A DNA stretch of 64,000 bases from NCBI GenBank assembly GCA_028710985.1, contig JAQTTB010000001.1, positions 295,397 to 359,396 of the forward strand, written 5' to 3'. Position numbers and translations under genes: made by a program. How positions within the stretch are numbered: position 1 is the stretch's first letter; the number at the start of each line of letters is the position of its first letter. Positions 42,301 through 47,799 of this stretch are shown one piece after another. The notes beneath the pieces were generated by a model that searched no databases, was not told where the DNA came from, and saw nothing but the letters and a program-made list of their open reading frames with translations. Origin of the DNA: Patescibacteria group bacterium. Its GTDB lineage: Bacteria; Patescibacteriota; Patescibacteriia; JAHJFT01.

Positions 42301-43770
42301 ACAACCATCATGGTATTTGTTAACCCGATGTGGTATTCGGGTGGAGCGATACAAAATAATGGGGACAAATCAACATTTGTTGACAATTTCTCTTTTGAGC
42401 CAGCCTTGTTTGCAACTTCCTCAACTCCGGCCATTGATTCATTCGGCCTCTCGTTCCGCGGTTCGGGTTGGGATACGGTTTCCAGTACCGAAAGAATTTT
42501 GAGCATGACAATTTTGAATGAAGTTTCATCCACTGATGAATTCGGTTTAGCTATTAATAATAGTGATGACGAAAAAGTCGCCTATGTTTCAAATAATGGT
42601 GACTTGATGATTTCCGGCCGGCTGTATCCGTCCGACCGCGGCGTCATGCAGAGCGACAAATATATTTTCTTGGATACAAGCGGCGGATTGGGCGACTACA
42701 TGCGCACCAATGCCGACGGCTGGGCAACCGGTAGCTATGATTATGCCGAAATGTTCTATTCCGATGACGGCCTCACGGCTGGTGAAATCGTGACCGTTGG
42801 CACGGCTGACGAAACCGTGGCGCGCAGCGCGAGCGCTTACCAAAATCCGCTGCTCGGCATCGTCTCAACCAAGCCGGGATTCATTGCCGGTGAATTTGCC
42901 ACTTCAACTCATCCAGTGGCGCTCTCCGGCCGCGTTCCGACCCGTGTGACGAACGTGAATGGCGCTATCGCCATCGGCGATCCGATTACGAGTTCTGACA
43001 TTCCGGGCGTGGGCATGAAAGCCACGGCAAACGGACCGATCGTGGGCTATGCGCTTGAAGCATCAGATTCGGCGGCTGATGAAATTATTCTATATGTTAA
43101 TCCGGGTTGGTGGAACGGCGGTACAACGAGCGCCATTCCGGGCGCCGAAGGGGGCGCTTCCGGATTCCCGGCGGTTCCGGGCGAGGTTACATATATTAAC
43201 GGCGATCTGGATATCACCGGCCATGATCTCTATGGCGTGAAAAAGATTTACGGCAATGGTTACAAATGGGAGATTGACGAAAATGGCGTGGTTATTTCGC
43301 GCGTGGAAACCGGCGGCGGACAAAAAGAAGTCTTTGGCGTCACCGCCACCCAGGCCGAAATTATTGTGAGCGGTTCGGGCATTACGGAAAATGGCGCCGC
43401 AACGGTTGAATTCAGCGCCGAAGTTGTTGCCCTGCTCTCATCCTCCAATTTAAATGTTAAAGTAATCGTTACGCCGACCTCGGCAAATACGGCCGGTCTT
43501 GCAGTAACGGCCAAATCATCGGCCGGATTCACGGTGACCGAACTCAATTCCGGTACTAACGCGGTGACGTTTGATTGGATGCTCATGGCTCCGCGCGCCG
43601 GATACGAAAGAACGCTTGAAGATTACATTGTAAATCCGGCAAGCGCGGCGCCACTGGAAGAATCTTCTTCAACCGAACCAGTCGTGCCTCCGGAAGAGTC
43701 GGGTTCATCAACCGAACCGATTATACCTCCGGAAGAATCTGGTTCTTCAACTGAACCAATAATTCCGTAA
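27340..43770 (+). CDS. giant (5476 aa) secreted repeat protein, adhesin-like (Hep_Hag/YadA-head-like beta-roll repeats, near-identical internal super-repeats, C-terminal tandem PPEESGSSTEPIIP repeats)
   Basis: Single uninterrupted 16,431 nt ORF. Signal peptide (…VLQMAVLMLLVWFGAFVTPEKAHA). Periodic motifs of the form N(T/S)(T/A)(I/V)GxxA(L/G)xxNTTGxxN (for example ANTTGANNSAIGFYALSANTTGANNSVIGY) run through the protein. A unit of about 130 aa (SGAY.VGVADNFSWSASTNVQFVLEDLDLAITNASSSANIWKANASYIYPASTTANVFPSSNNAQSLGAFGSAWKDIYASGT.YLTNVTAANYVNVSDATVGYKIGGNIILRNPYT) recurs at least 8 times with near-identical DNA. A Gly/Tyr-rich xYG(V/I)YA region follows. A duplicated module of about 95 aa lies near the C-terminus, followed by three PPEESGSSTEP(I/V)(I/V)P repeats. 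An intrinsic terminator follows. Confidence 0.7.
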   Translation: MNSIGGRQFKRTLKKTIVLQMAVLMLLVWFGAFVTPEKAHAAINKYINYQGKLLDSSKIPVADGTYGIEFKIYDAVTAGSELWSDSFDVAVDDGLFSILLGSSGTLDLNFEDEAGYWLGVNVEADGEMTPRKEIGAAAYAFNSDLLDGLHATTTGAISSAVVALTANGNLTITGDPQGGAVTQGSLYINPAAPAADETLLGIANNGSQRLLLDAEGDLTVAGYVSTTQLFIDSIDVQTSASRTTSGAYIIGVADNFSWSASTNVQFVLEDLDLAITNASSSANLWTDAGTYIYNTPAGDINRFYDNGDIKFDQVSDTLFIDQSAHSIGIFTTSPTAAALEVDANSLGTTTANKIILANTTAAGAGAQQVSPALNFRSQGWSLAESASQEVDWQVYVLPHQYAGRQATSDLYFQYKLGGESSYRTGIIFTAPFDSGYASLAAYNGTFYNSVSVSAVLSVSTNAYLAYTSTAYRVGIGTNSPGYKLHVVGTSGFDGSLAVSSTNLIFDAAGTAFASSTDRTHSGAYYLGVADNFSWSASTNVQFVLEDLDLAITNASSSANLWKANASYIYPASTTANVFPSSNNAQSLGAFGSAWKDIYASGTSYLTNVTAANYVNVSDATVGYKIGGNIILRNPYTRNILLGQSAGAALNSDGTDNMFLGYLAGAAATSSDYNTFIGSYAGYANTAGTANAFIGYVAGYANTTGANNIFIGSYAGYTNTIGANNSFIGYAAGRYSTTGSYNSFIGNAAGYSNTTGAANAFIGYGAGYYNTTGANNTAIGSYVLYANTTGANNSAIGFYALSANTTGANNSVIGYFASFYNSSATSTVAIGYQAARGTAAYSNQNGVYIGYNAGYAAQTGSDNNIMIGYQAGDSITTGSGNLLIGYDVDNATSTASTNYINIGNTIQGWIGGKIYPYNHGTQDLGAYGYAWKDIWASGTAFLANANLSGNATVLGYVSTTQVYIDSIDIEGQGTGNTTAGAYKIGTYDEFDWSASTNVQDVLDDLDATLTTVSTSAMLWTDAGTYIYNTPAGDINRFYDTGSVNFDATNTTLYVDAMNNRVGVGTNNALSVFHILGSYPQLLINDSSVPSFLSLRGDANIFFNNASNYRIASQAYANRGTATGDTVRFTIQGSNGYVGIATSTPQVMLHVYDGSFRQQDTTGGKTGQLTISTLSSGTLIQETNNGRITYKAYAHTWQTHAGTEIFRTSDGLTAVIFNGNIFSYGNLYTSSSKLFVGSDTTLAESTDRLDSGAYNVGVADNFSWSASTNVQFVLEDLDLAITNASSSANIWKANASYIYPASTTANVFPSSNNAQSLGAFGSAWKDIYASGTAYLTNVTAANYVNVSDATVGYKIGGNIILRNPYTHNTLIGQNAGANINSDGTDNTFIGYFAGYTATSTDYNVFIGPYAGQNNAAGANNSFIGYAAGKDNTTGSGNSFIGYVAGYANTIGNYNSSIGYAAGYANTTGSYNSFIGNAAGQTNTTGANNTGVGYSALYSNTTGVNNTAVGYSALFYNSSATSTVTIGYQAARGTAAYSNQNGVYIGYRAGYVVQTGSDNNIMIGFQAGNSITTGANNILIGYDVDTPLATTSNYLNIGNRIYGSLTDGILNIQPNGDSNNYSRFATVDAQPILYFVSSTMTNYSGFRLNSSTGEMEYRDEDSATYTPFDTIAAGAGIWSTGASYIYPASTTANAFPSSNNAQSLGAFSSAWKDFYASGTSYLTGVLNSDGALGAPSYSFAADSDTGMFWAGTGNVRFSSNGASIVTMGNSEVDVGGSILPTANNTRDLGAFSYAWRNIYASGTAFLTGIQNSVGAVGTPSYSFAGDTNTGIYSPLSDAVAIAVNGAQRFQVTATGAQVTGTVYSDANNSRDIGYFGNAWNDIFASGTAFLADANLSGNATVLGYVSTTQLFIDSIDVQTSASRTTSGAYVIGVADNFSWSASTNVQFVLEDLDLAITNASSSANIWKLGASYIYPASTTADILAGAATPDGVSPFYVDIAGGDRLLQLYKVYGGTLAAGAANYGLHAQVSSTVDVADQIYQMYGAYSQAEFAGTYDSGSGGSITVTGSYSEGRSATNTMYIYGAYNYGLQEAGATADTVYGAYNRAISAGSTNTGVYGTFSDAQGDGISRAYGVYSTVTGGTSNYGFSASVTDGAAGSNYGVNLMVSDGLGSNYGISASVSGSAGGTVQYGGQFTVGGAAGDTNYGIDAEVTGFGVGDTNYGVYANVTGAAANWAGWFAGGDVYVENKLFVSSSELFIGTDTALSESTGRLDSGAYNVGVADNFAWSASTNVQFVLEDLDAAITAAGGIWTDAEGYIYPTAAGDYYDTGARIYDNGEINTDSNLVVDGYAAFGTATDTSKIVNIENTATDKYGLYSHTTSTSLIPGDWYQVPSGAAGYFLADGSYGGVRTNTGIMSRAVGVALFNSGNVSHAYNATNYNFAYFGTASGTNSYVVYGLNPSYGTTVDAWGGYLEVNTTANGGTSDHVGMETKVGGADANWGYKTTTSAPSGEKAYGFWANVDVQAASESYGIYLTLDDLTGVSTNLYGSSMSVKGNAAGYAGTIYGNKIVAQYGGTIYGLDIDIDNIHNYGYGVNVSVDGASYSPVVYLAGKSLKNFGVRGMAASDTADVVGVYGLGTGNGGDNSIFGMVGKATGGISQYGAYLEAVGDTSDATYGLYSRTNTGDSATSYGVYSYAVGGADSTNYGVYAVATDGASTPVVNYGIFASSSAATTNWAGWFGAGDVYVENKLFVSSSELFIGTDTALSESTDRLDSGAYNVGVADNFSWSASTNVQFVLEDLDATLTTVSTSAMLWTDAGTYIYNTPAGDKNRFYDNGAVLFGQSWNTFFVSGTSNYVGIGTATPSTTLHIVGTSYPFVLVEGSSISKFTALRADSKIFFTSTENFNISSQPYANRGTAAGETLRFTILGSNGYVGINTASPTSTLQVTGGDVHFQATGGAPGTYWDYDTGYLGIGTTGPVAKLNISVSGDGTEALRFSTERAWTFRQSGVGGAAKLQLKDLSGQKYFEITGFDDSVTASFYNDFATPAGSRVLLLPGGGNVGIGTTAPNYLLHVSGTSAFMDNMYVSSSELFINTSTYLSESTARDDSGAYNVGVADNFSWSASTNVQFVLEDLDLAITNASSSANIWKANASYIYPASTTANVFPSSNNAQSLGAFGSAWKDIYASGTAYLTNVTAANYVNVSDATVGYKIGGNIILRNPYTRNTLLGQGAGAALNSDGTDNTFIGHGAGNVATSTDYNAFVGAYAGYANTIGNYNSFIGYAAGFSNTIGANNTFIGNAAGQSNTTGAGNIAIGSAALYTNSTSANNTAIGNAALRYTTGANNTGVGYAALYTNTTGAGNTGVGSYTLYANTTGTNNTAIGLYALSANTTGSYNTAIGYYSSLYNSSATSTVAIGYQAARGTAAYSNQNGVYIGYNAGYAAQTGSNNNIMIGYQAGDSITTGSGNLLIGYDVDNATSTASTNYINIGNTLQGWIGGKIYPYNQGTQDLGAYGYAWKDIFASGTAFLANANLSGNATVLGYVSTTQLFIDSIDVQTSASRTTSGAYVIGVADNFSWSASTNVQFVLEDLDLAITNASSSANLWKANASYIYPASTTTKIYVPKQAYPIPSLTFSDDPDTGFGSITANQLTFYAGGTESFTAKASGILNYINWKAPATNSQLNVLGAITTGSGNTAFRIGNENALYGTDRVLAVYSGNLNGELLTVLANGSVGMGDTTPDFGLEVATSTASGFLAVSSVSGNNGDLFMVDEAGRVGINTTDPGYKLHVVGTSGFDGSLAVSSTNLIFDASGTAIASSTDRLHSGAYFVGVDSANITQSASTNVQFVLEDFDLAIVSAGSKWTDAAGYIYPTVAGDYGGTGMKIADDGEISTDGNLTVDGKVAIGTTILGTRMLNIIQAGTGVSNYGINVTASGAGTNNYAIYATATGGAAANWAAYFGAGNVAVLNGNMYVGATTETITDTTFSMAGDDFYDSGMIGAAVALYTNGYICVGGDGCGTDAGTVYVIQAGTGVSNYGVHVTASGAGTTNYGVYATVSGSATNYAFYSPDAGGYSYFGDHVAIEDAAVSDNYALGILETFSGAGITGLQTGVSTTVAFTGSVGAGNYYFGAQSDVATWSGTAGDANDMLIGNAAQIYVTTTGGKTLEDARAFYGYSRVSDGYVSSTYGVYGTSNNSGGLVDYAYGGYFSAEGTATDNYGIYASAEDGQHQIGGNFVATGSTGDSTYGVKIDVAGGDKNYGVYTVVGSADSESYAVYGRTTGGIYSVGSTSYGGYFTGLAVASTTYGVYANASNGTTASYGVFAKGTTAGVYAENPADANDYTQLLNVSGGTVNGVNTQIIHNDAATAYGSKITVTGSAGNAGDLQGVSATLTGVAYDPSSYAYGGYFSAAVTASSTYGIYANASGGTQQSVGVFAKGTSAGVFAENPADASDYTKLMYVDGGTIHGVRVDIQHNNAAEAHGLDIGVTGTGANPGDLYGAKVQTLGTVYDADSLAYGGYFYNTVTASTTYGVYGKAANTSEGSTSYGLYGEAIDGPGVGLQVGVMGVAGDALYSMGVRAQSPKIALAAEDSNDINNHSVYLAHWAASNEAVGVTINNLASLNMSDVSREGLIVSVSGYPGNTRKVTGIDVAANKLGGVGDIFGIDVDTNSNSTSSVNVYGIRSITTGDNNSADGEIYAGYFDITSSDASSSIGVYANAASGDTNWAFYGGGVTDSAFGGDIYVGYGNAGDDDYVYFDGGSTEYLVWDNANARFRFSDDLVADGNVYVGNSSQVDDDYVYFDQAAEWIVYDESVDDRFEITGQVYIITDTQSTNGICGSNAAVGSTELYDCSGTPGDIAEWYPIVEDAVAGDIVYAASSTITYSEVLFDPVSGLSTSSTGTYNTSVVDRASKPYDSRIIGIVSTSPVQRFGENVREVSSSTAVIALIGRVPTRVSDANGPIKAGDQITSSDIRGVGMKSTKPGMVVGTALEDWSGSGETTIMVFVNPMWYSGGAIQNNGDKSTFVDNFSFEPALFATSSTPAIDSFGLSFRGSGWDTVSSTERILSMTILNEVSSTDEFGLAINNSDDEKVAYVSNNGDLMISGRLYPSDRGVMQSDKYIFLDTSGGLGDYMRTNADGWATGSYDYAEMFYSDDGLTAGEIVTVGTADETVARSASAYQNPLLGIVSTKPGFIAGEFATSTHPVALSGRVPTRVTNVNGAIAIGDPITSSDIPGVGMKATANGPIVGYALEASDSAADEIILYVNPGWWNGGTTSAIPGAEGGASGFPAVPGEVTYINGDLDITGHDLYGVKKIYGNGYKWEIDENGVVISRVETGGGQKEVFGVTATQAEIIVSGSGITENGAATVEFSAEVVALLSSSNLNVKVIVTPTSANTAGLAVTAKSSAGFTVTELNSGTNAVTFDWMLMAPRAGYERTLEDYIVNPASAAPLEESSSTEPVVPPEESGSSTEPIIPPEESGSSTEPIIP

Positions 43771-43785
43771 TAATCAAAACAAAAA

Positions 43786-43817
43786 ATCCCCTGAACGAAG
43801 TCGAAGGGGGATTTTTT
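43786..43817 (+). terminator. intrinsic terminator (ATCCCCTGAACGAAGTCGAAGGGGGATTTTTT) after the giant gene
   Basis: Stem ATCCCC/GGGGAT with a T6 run, 16 nt after the stop codon. Confidence 0.6.
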
Positions 43818-43864
43818 AACTGCTTAATTATCTCAATTTTTTTTGGGGTAATTAAGAAGGAATG

Positions 43865-43905
43865 GGAGCGCTTTAGTAAGTTGGCGGCTCCCAGAAGCCA
43901 GAGAA
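43865..43905. repeat. conserved 3'-flank motif GGGAGCGCTTTAGTAAGTTGGCGGCTCCCAGAAGCC (copy 1 of 3) immediately downstream of lipoprotein gene stop
   Basis: Near-identical copies at 45155-45195 and 46505-46545. Each sits just past the stop codon of one of three consecutive minus-strand lipoprotein genes. It contains a short GGGAGC..GCTCCC stem. Confidence 0.55.
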
Positions 43906-43911
43906 GTGGAG

Positions 43912-44970
43912 TTACTCCTGGTAAATGGCGTCGTAGGTTGCTTCGAAGTGTTCCGAGCTATCAAGACCGCTTAGCGCGACTACGCCGGACACGTCGTGTC
44001 CAACCGCCGCATTCACGATCCCGATGAACTCGGGTCCGTAGCAAACCGCTTCGCCATCGGTTAGGAACCAGGAATCGTACACATCGGCGAGGATTTGGCG
44101 CACGCACTCTTGGCCGCAGCCGTGGTAGGCCCACAGCGTGCCAAAAAGCGCGTACCCGATCTGCCGGTCGGGTTGCGAACTCGGCGTGGCGACTTCGGTG
44201 AGTTCAGCGCCGCTGTTGACCGCTTCAACCGCCGTCTTGTAGATGGCGATGTAGATGCGGTCAAAAACGATGATGTCCTCAAGGAATTCAACCAGTCCGT
44301 GATTCCAGATTCCGCCGCAGAAGGGTGACCAGAGGAAGGCATGGGCGAGCTCGTGCGTGGCCGCGGCTTCGAAAGTTCGCGGAACGCCCTCGTCGTCGAG
44401 GTAAGAGACCGTGGGCTCGTTCACGAAACTGTCCTCGTTTACCAGCGCGCCGGACCAGTCGGCATGAACCGTCTGTCCCGAACCCATGGCAAACAGAGCG
44501 AGGTTGAGCGTGCGGTAGCCGGAGTCGTAGTAGCGGTCCACTGCCGTGGGAGGCCGGTATCCGGTCCAGCTGACGAGTTCCGCGTAATAGGGCAGAATCT
44601 CGGTCTGAACCTGGGCAAGTACCTCGTCGCTGACCGTACAGCCGGCGCAGGCCGCGCGAAGTTCCGTACCGGTGGTGCAGGAAGAAATCGGCGTCTCGTC
44701 AATCTCGGCCGGGCAGGTGCCGCCATCCGAATAGACATTGTCGCCGCACCAGTTGTACTTGGTGAGGTTGCTGCATGTCCGGTTGATGAGGCAGAGGTCG
44801 TTCGTGCAGATGGAGCCGTCGTTGCAGTCGTCGTGCGAGCCGCAGAATGGCGGGTTGAACTCCGCCGAAACCGGCGGGTTGGCGAGCGCGACCGGATTGA
44901 TTCCGGCCGGCTCTTGGTAGCAGGCGGGAATCATGATCGCCACGAGGACGATCGCGGCCGTTCGCTTCAT
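43912..44970 (-). CDS. secreted lipoprotein, putative zinc metallopeptidase (HExxH) with N-terminal Cys-rich repeats
   Basis: 352 aa. Signal peptide plus lipobox-like IPAC. Cys-rich module CGSHDDCNDGSICTNDLCLINRTC (C..D.C.DG..CT.D.C pattern). HELAHAF zinc-binding motif. GC content visibly higher than the flanks. Confidence 0.5.
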   Translation of the reverse strand: MKRTAAIVLVAIMIPACYQEPAGINPVALANPPVSAEFNPPFCGSHDDCNDGSICTNDLCLINRTCSNLTKYNWCGDNVYSDGGTCPAEIDETPISSCTTGTELRAACAGCTVSDEVLAQVQTEILPYYAELVSWTGYRPPTAVDRYYDSGYRTLNLALFAMGSGQTVHADWSGALVNEDSFVNEPTVSYLDDEGVPRTFEAAATHELAHAFLWSPFCGGIWNHGLVEFLEDIIVFDRIYIAIYKTAVEAVNSGAELTEVATPSSQPDRQIGYALFGTLWAYHGCGQECVRQILADVYDSWFLTDGEAVCYGPEFIGIVNAAVGHDVSGVVALSGLDSSEHFEATYDAIYQE

Positions 44971-45054
44971 GTGGGTTTCCTCTCAATATTGTAAGGAGCT
45001 TGTTTGTTCAGTCATGAAAGACGGAATTGTCCTTCAATTACATTTTAACATTAA

Positions 45055-45083
45055 ATTATAGCAGATATTAAGAGTTTTGTCAA
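45055..45083 (-). promoter_or_regulatory. consensus sigma70 promoter TTGACA-17-TATAAT for the 43912-44970 gene
   Basis: Read on the minus strand: CCTTGACAAAACTCTTAATATCTGCTATAATTT. Perfect -35 and -10 hexamers with a 17 nt spacer, about 85 nt upstream of the start codon. Confidence 0.6.
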
Positions 45084-45154
45084 GGGTAATAAGGTGATTT
45101 TTTATCTAAAATAAGCAAAATAATATAATATTAGCCAAAATTTGATAAGAAAAA

Positions 45155-45195
45155 AGGGAGCGCTTTGTGGAGGCGGCTCCCAGAAACCTAGGAAG
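45155..45195. repeat. conserved 3'-flank motif (copy 2): GGGAGCGCTTTGTGGAGGCGGCTCCCAGAAACC
   Basis: See 43865-43905. It sits just past the stop of the 45201-46427 gene. Confidence 0.5.
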
Positions 45196-45200
45196 GTGTG

Positions 45201-46427
45201 TTAGTGGCAGTTGAGATTCTTAAATGACAGGCCGGCATTGGTCAGCCAGAGCGCATAGACGTCGTCGCCCACGCGGATGAGTTCGGTGTCGGCGCATCCG
45301 GTGAGATCGAGATCAACCCAGAGTTCGGTTTCCGCGAGGTCGGTCGTGAGCCGGATGACGTGGATGCTGGAAATGCCGGTTTCTAGATCCACACCGCACC
45401 AACTGGCGCGTGCCGGATCATCATCTGACGAATCAATGCCGGCTACGCCCGCGATGTCCCGGTCCAGATCCAGCGCCATGACCGTATCGTCAGGAAGGAC
45501 CCAGCCCGCAGAAAGCTGGTTTATGTCGTCCGCCATGTACCGTTCGTAGAGCACCATCGCCGTACCGCCGGCATTGACCATGGCTCGCGTGGCGAACATG
45601 GTCGGCTCAAGTACGATGGTGGTTACTTCGCCGAATGCGTCAGGCGCCACGAACTCGGTGAGATAAACCGAGTTGTTGGATTCTCCGCGTACCGTGTAGG
45701 CGAGAGACCAGCCGGTTTCGGTTGGTGAAAGTACCGGGCTGCGGCTGTCGGCGCTGATGAGCCGGTGATAGTCGTTGAAACCCGTGCTTGCGGACCAGCG
45801 GCCGAACCAGGCGGTGGCGATTTCCGGATCACGAACTTCAAGGGCCAGACCGTATTCACCATCCAGGCCGAGCTTAACATCGTTGAGCGTGGTCGTGGCT
45901 GGTGATGGGGAGTCCCAGATTTCGCCGCGGTTTATCACTGCGCTCTCGGAGATGCCGTATTCGCCGGTCAACATGATGGCGCTGTCGCTGGAAGTTGCAG
46001 TCCAGAACAGGCGGGGATTCTCGCCGGCGAACCAGAACACGAACGGCTTGCGCAGTTCATTGCCCGGCTCCTCGATTGGAGTAGCCGTGAGTTCCTCGGG
46101 CGGTTCGAGCGGATTGAAGAGAGAGATATTTCCTCGCTCTCCGCTATCGCAGCCGATCCATGCGAGGATGATTCTCTCGTCGTCGCTTGCGGCATCCAGG
46201 CCGCAGCCCAGGGTCGGCAGGTTGATGGTTCTGATCTCGGGATCGCACATCGGTTCCACGCACTCGTCGATCACGTGGCAGAGGTTGTCGGCTCCGCAGT
46301 AGTCCAGCGTGCACTCCACGCCGTCCTCGCACTCGTTGTCCGAGTTGCATTCAGTCTGGCCGTCGAGGTCAACGCGGTAGCAGCTCACGAAACACATGGC
46401 GCAAAGCGCCAGAATCAGCTTCTTCAT
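45201..46427 (-). CDS. secreted lipoprotein with N-terminal Cys-rich repeat module, unknown function
   Basis: 408 aa. Signal plus FVSC lipobox-like. Cys-rich module CNSDNECEDGVECTLDYCGADNLCHVIDECVEPMCDPE. Paralogous in architecture to the 46554-47708 product (shared NP(L/P)E(P/L)P.ELT..P(I/L)E, FW(F/T), SLAYTV segments). Confidence 0.5.
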   Translation of the reverse strand: MKKLILALCAMCFVSCYRVDLDGQTECNSDNECEDGVECTLDYCGADNLCHVIDECVEPMCDPEIRTINLPTLGCGLDAASDDERIILAWIGCDSGERGNISLFNPLEPPEELTATPIEEPGNELRKPFVFWFAGENPRLFWTATSSDSAIMLTGEYGISESAVINRGEIWDSPSPATTTLNDVKLGLDGEYGLALEVRDPEIATAWFGRWSASTGFNDYHRLISADSRSPVLSPTETGWSLAYTVRGESNNSVYLTEFVAPDAFGEVTTIVLEPTMFATRAMVNAGGTAMVLYERYMADDINQLSAGWVLPDDTVMALDLDRDIAGVAGIDSSDDDPARASWCGVDLETGISSIHVIRLTTDLAETELWVDLDLTGCADTELIRVGDDVYALWLTNAGLSFKNLNCH

Positions 46428-46504
46428 TTCAAAACCCTCCTTGGTTTTTTCAAAGTCCGATTTCTACTTTATTGCCCCATACCAATGAGGCAATCAAGAT
46501 GAAA

Positions 46505-46545
46505 TGGGAGCGCTTTAGTAAGTTGGCGGCTCCCGGAAGCCTTTA
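46505..46545. repeat. conserved 3'-flank motif (copy 3): GGGAGCGCTTTAGTAAGTTGGCGGCTCCCGGAAGCC
   Basis: See 43865-43905. It sits just past the stop of the 46554-47708 gene. Confidence 0.5.
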
Positions 46546-46553
46546 GTGAAAGA

Positions 46554-47708
46554 TCAATTGCAGATCTTGCGGTAGGAGAGGTTCTTGCTCGTGGAATCGA
46601 GCCAGAAGATCCAGTCGTTGGTTTCCGTGCCAAGCAGGTGAGTCATCTGGCATCCGCCCGGAAGGCTGATGTCTAGGATGCTTCGTCTTGGAGCCGGACC
46701 AACCAGCTGGACGTGAAGCGAGTCGGCGTCATCTTCGGAACCGCACCAGCTCAATAGCGCCCGGTCATCCCAGAGTGCGCCCAAGCCATGGCTTCCGCTC
46801 GCGTTGCTATCCAGCAGTTCAAGACCGTCGCTTCCGGAGGCGGCGAAGTAGAGTTCACTGTAATCACCGCGGTCCCGGTTAACGAGCAGGAAGTCGTCGG
46901 CCAGAGTCGGCGCGATCGCCGCCGATGAGTATCGTCCGCTTTCCGGGCTGATGAGGACGGCTTCGCCCAGCCCATGAACTAGTGAATAGTCCACGGTCCA
47001 GACATCGCCGTAAGCCGGATCAAGCTCCGGATGAACGGTGTAGGCGAGCGAGTAACCATCCGCTACCGTGTCAACAACTCCATGAGTCGTGAACGGCGCG
47101 TCGCCGAGTTCCTGGATCGTCTTGAGCTCGCCATCGAGCGAGAACCGAGCGAACATTGCCTGCTGGTAACCTACGACTTCATCGTGGTATGCCCAGACCA
47201 AGCCGTATTCGCCCGACGGGTGGAAAACCGCCTCGCCCAGGCTCGAGTAGTAGCCCTGGTCAAAGAGAATCTTTGGCTCGCCCAAGCTTCCCGTTTCTAG
47301 GTCGTACTCGGCCATGACGAGAGTGCCGCGCGAGTCCGAGGCGTGATAGCGGGTCCAGAAGATCTGCGGATTGCCATCGTGCCAGAGAACTCGCGGATTC
47401 CACACCGCGAGATCCTCATCGGTCTCGAGGGGAATGGGAGTGAGTTCGGCGGGAGGGTTCTCGAGTTCGAATACCGCGATGTGACCCTTGCCCATGTCGC
47501 AGCCACGATCGCGCCAGACAAGCGTGGCCAGGCCGTTGCGGCTCGCCACGTCATAGTCTTCCACGCCTTCTGCGAACGAGAAGGCATGGGTCACGGGTAT
47601 GCACATTGGCTCACAGCCGCCGTCCGGGCAGTCGGATTCGGCATATCGCGCTTCGCTCATATAGCAGCCGGTCGCAAAAAGCGCCGTTGCGATTATCAGG
47701 TTTCTCAT
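46554..47708 (-). CDS. secreted lipoprotein, paralog of 45201-46427 product
   Basis: 384 aa. Signal plus ATGC lipobox-like. Cys-rich N-terminus CPDGGCEPMC. Shared sequence blocks with the neighbouring lipoprotein. High GC. Confidence 0.5.
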   Translation of the reverse strand: MRNLIIATALFATGCYMSEARYAESDCPDGGCEPMCIPVTHAFSFAEGVEDYDVASRNGLATLVWRDRGCDMGKGHIAVFELENPPAELTPIPLETDEDLAVWNPRVLWHDGNPQIFWTRYHASDSRGTLVMAEYDLETGSLGEPKILFDQGYYSSLGEAVFHPSGEYGLVWAYHDEVVGYQQAMFARFSLDGELKTIQELGDAPFTTHGVVDTVADGYSLAYTVHPELDPAYGDVWTVDYSLVHGLGEAVLISPESGRYSSAAIAPTLADDFLLVNRDRGDYSELYFAASGSDGLELLDSNASGSHGLGALWDDRALLSWCGSEDDADSLHVQLVGPAPRRSILDISLPGGCQMTHLLGTETNDWIFWLDSTSKNLSYRKICN

Positions 47709-47770
47709 CGGTCCTCTCCTTGTGTTTTATGGTTGGATTTCAATGTCCCATGCTACCATTGTAGCCTGAA

Positions 47771-47799
47771 ATTATAGCATATTTAAGCGGTTTTGTCAA
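47771..47799 (-). promoter_or_regulatory. consensus sigma70 promoter TTGACA-17-TATAAT for the 46554-47708 gene
   Basis: Read on the minus strand: CCTTGACAAAACCGCTTAAATATGCTATAATTT. This is a near-duplicate of the promoter at 45055-45083. Confidence 0.6.

Noticed and set aside
44341-46302. Plus-strand ORFs (217 aa, 175 aa and others) antisense to the lipoprotein genes
   Set aside because: High GC content suppresses stop codons on the opposite strand. The translations are Arg/Gly/Ala-rich without motifs. The minus-strand genes have signal peptides, promoters and conserved 3' motifs.
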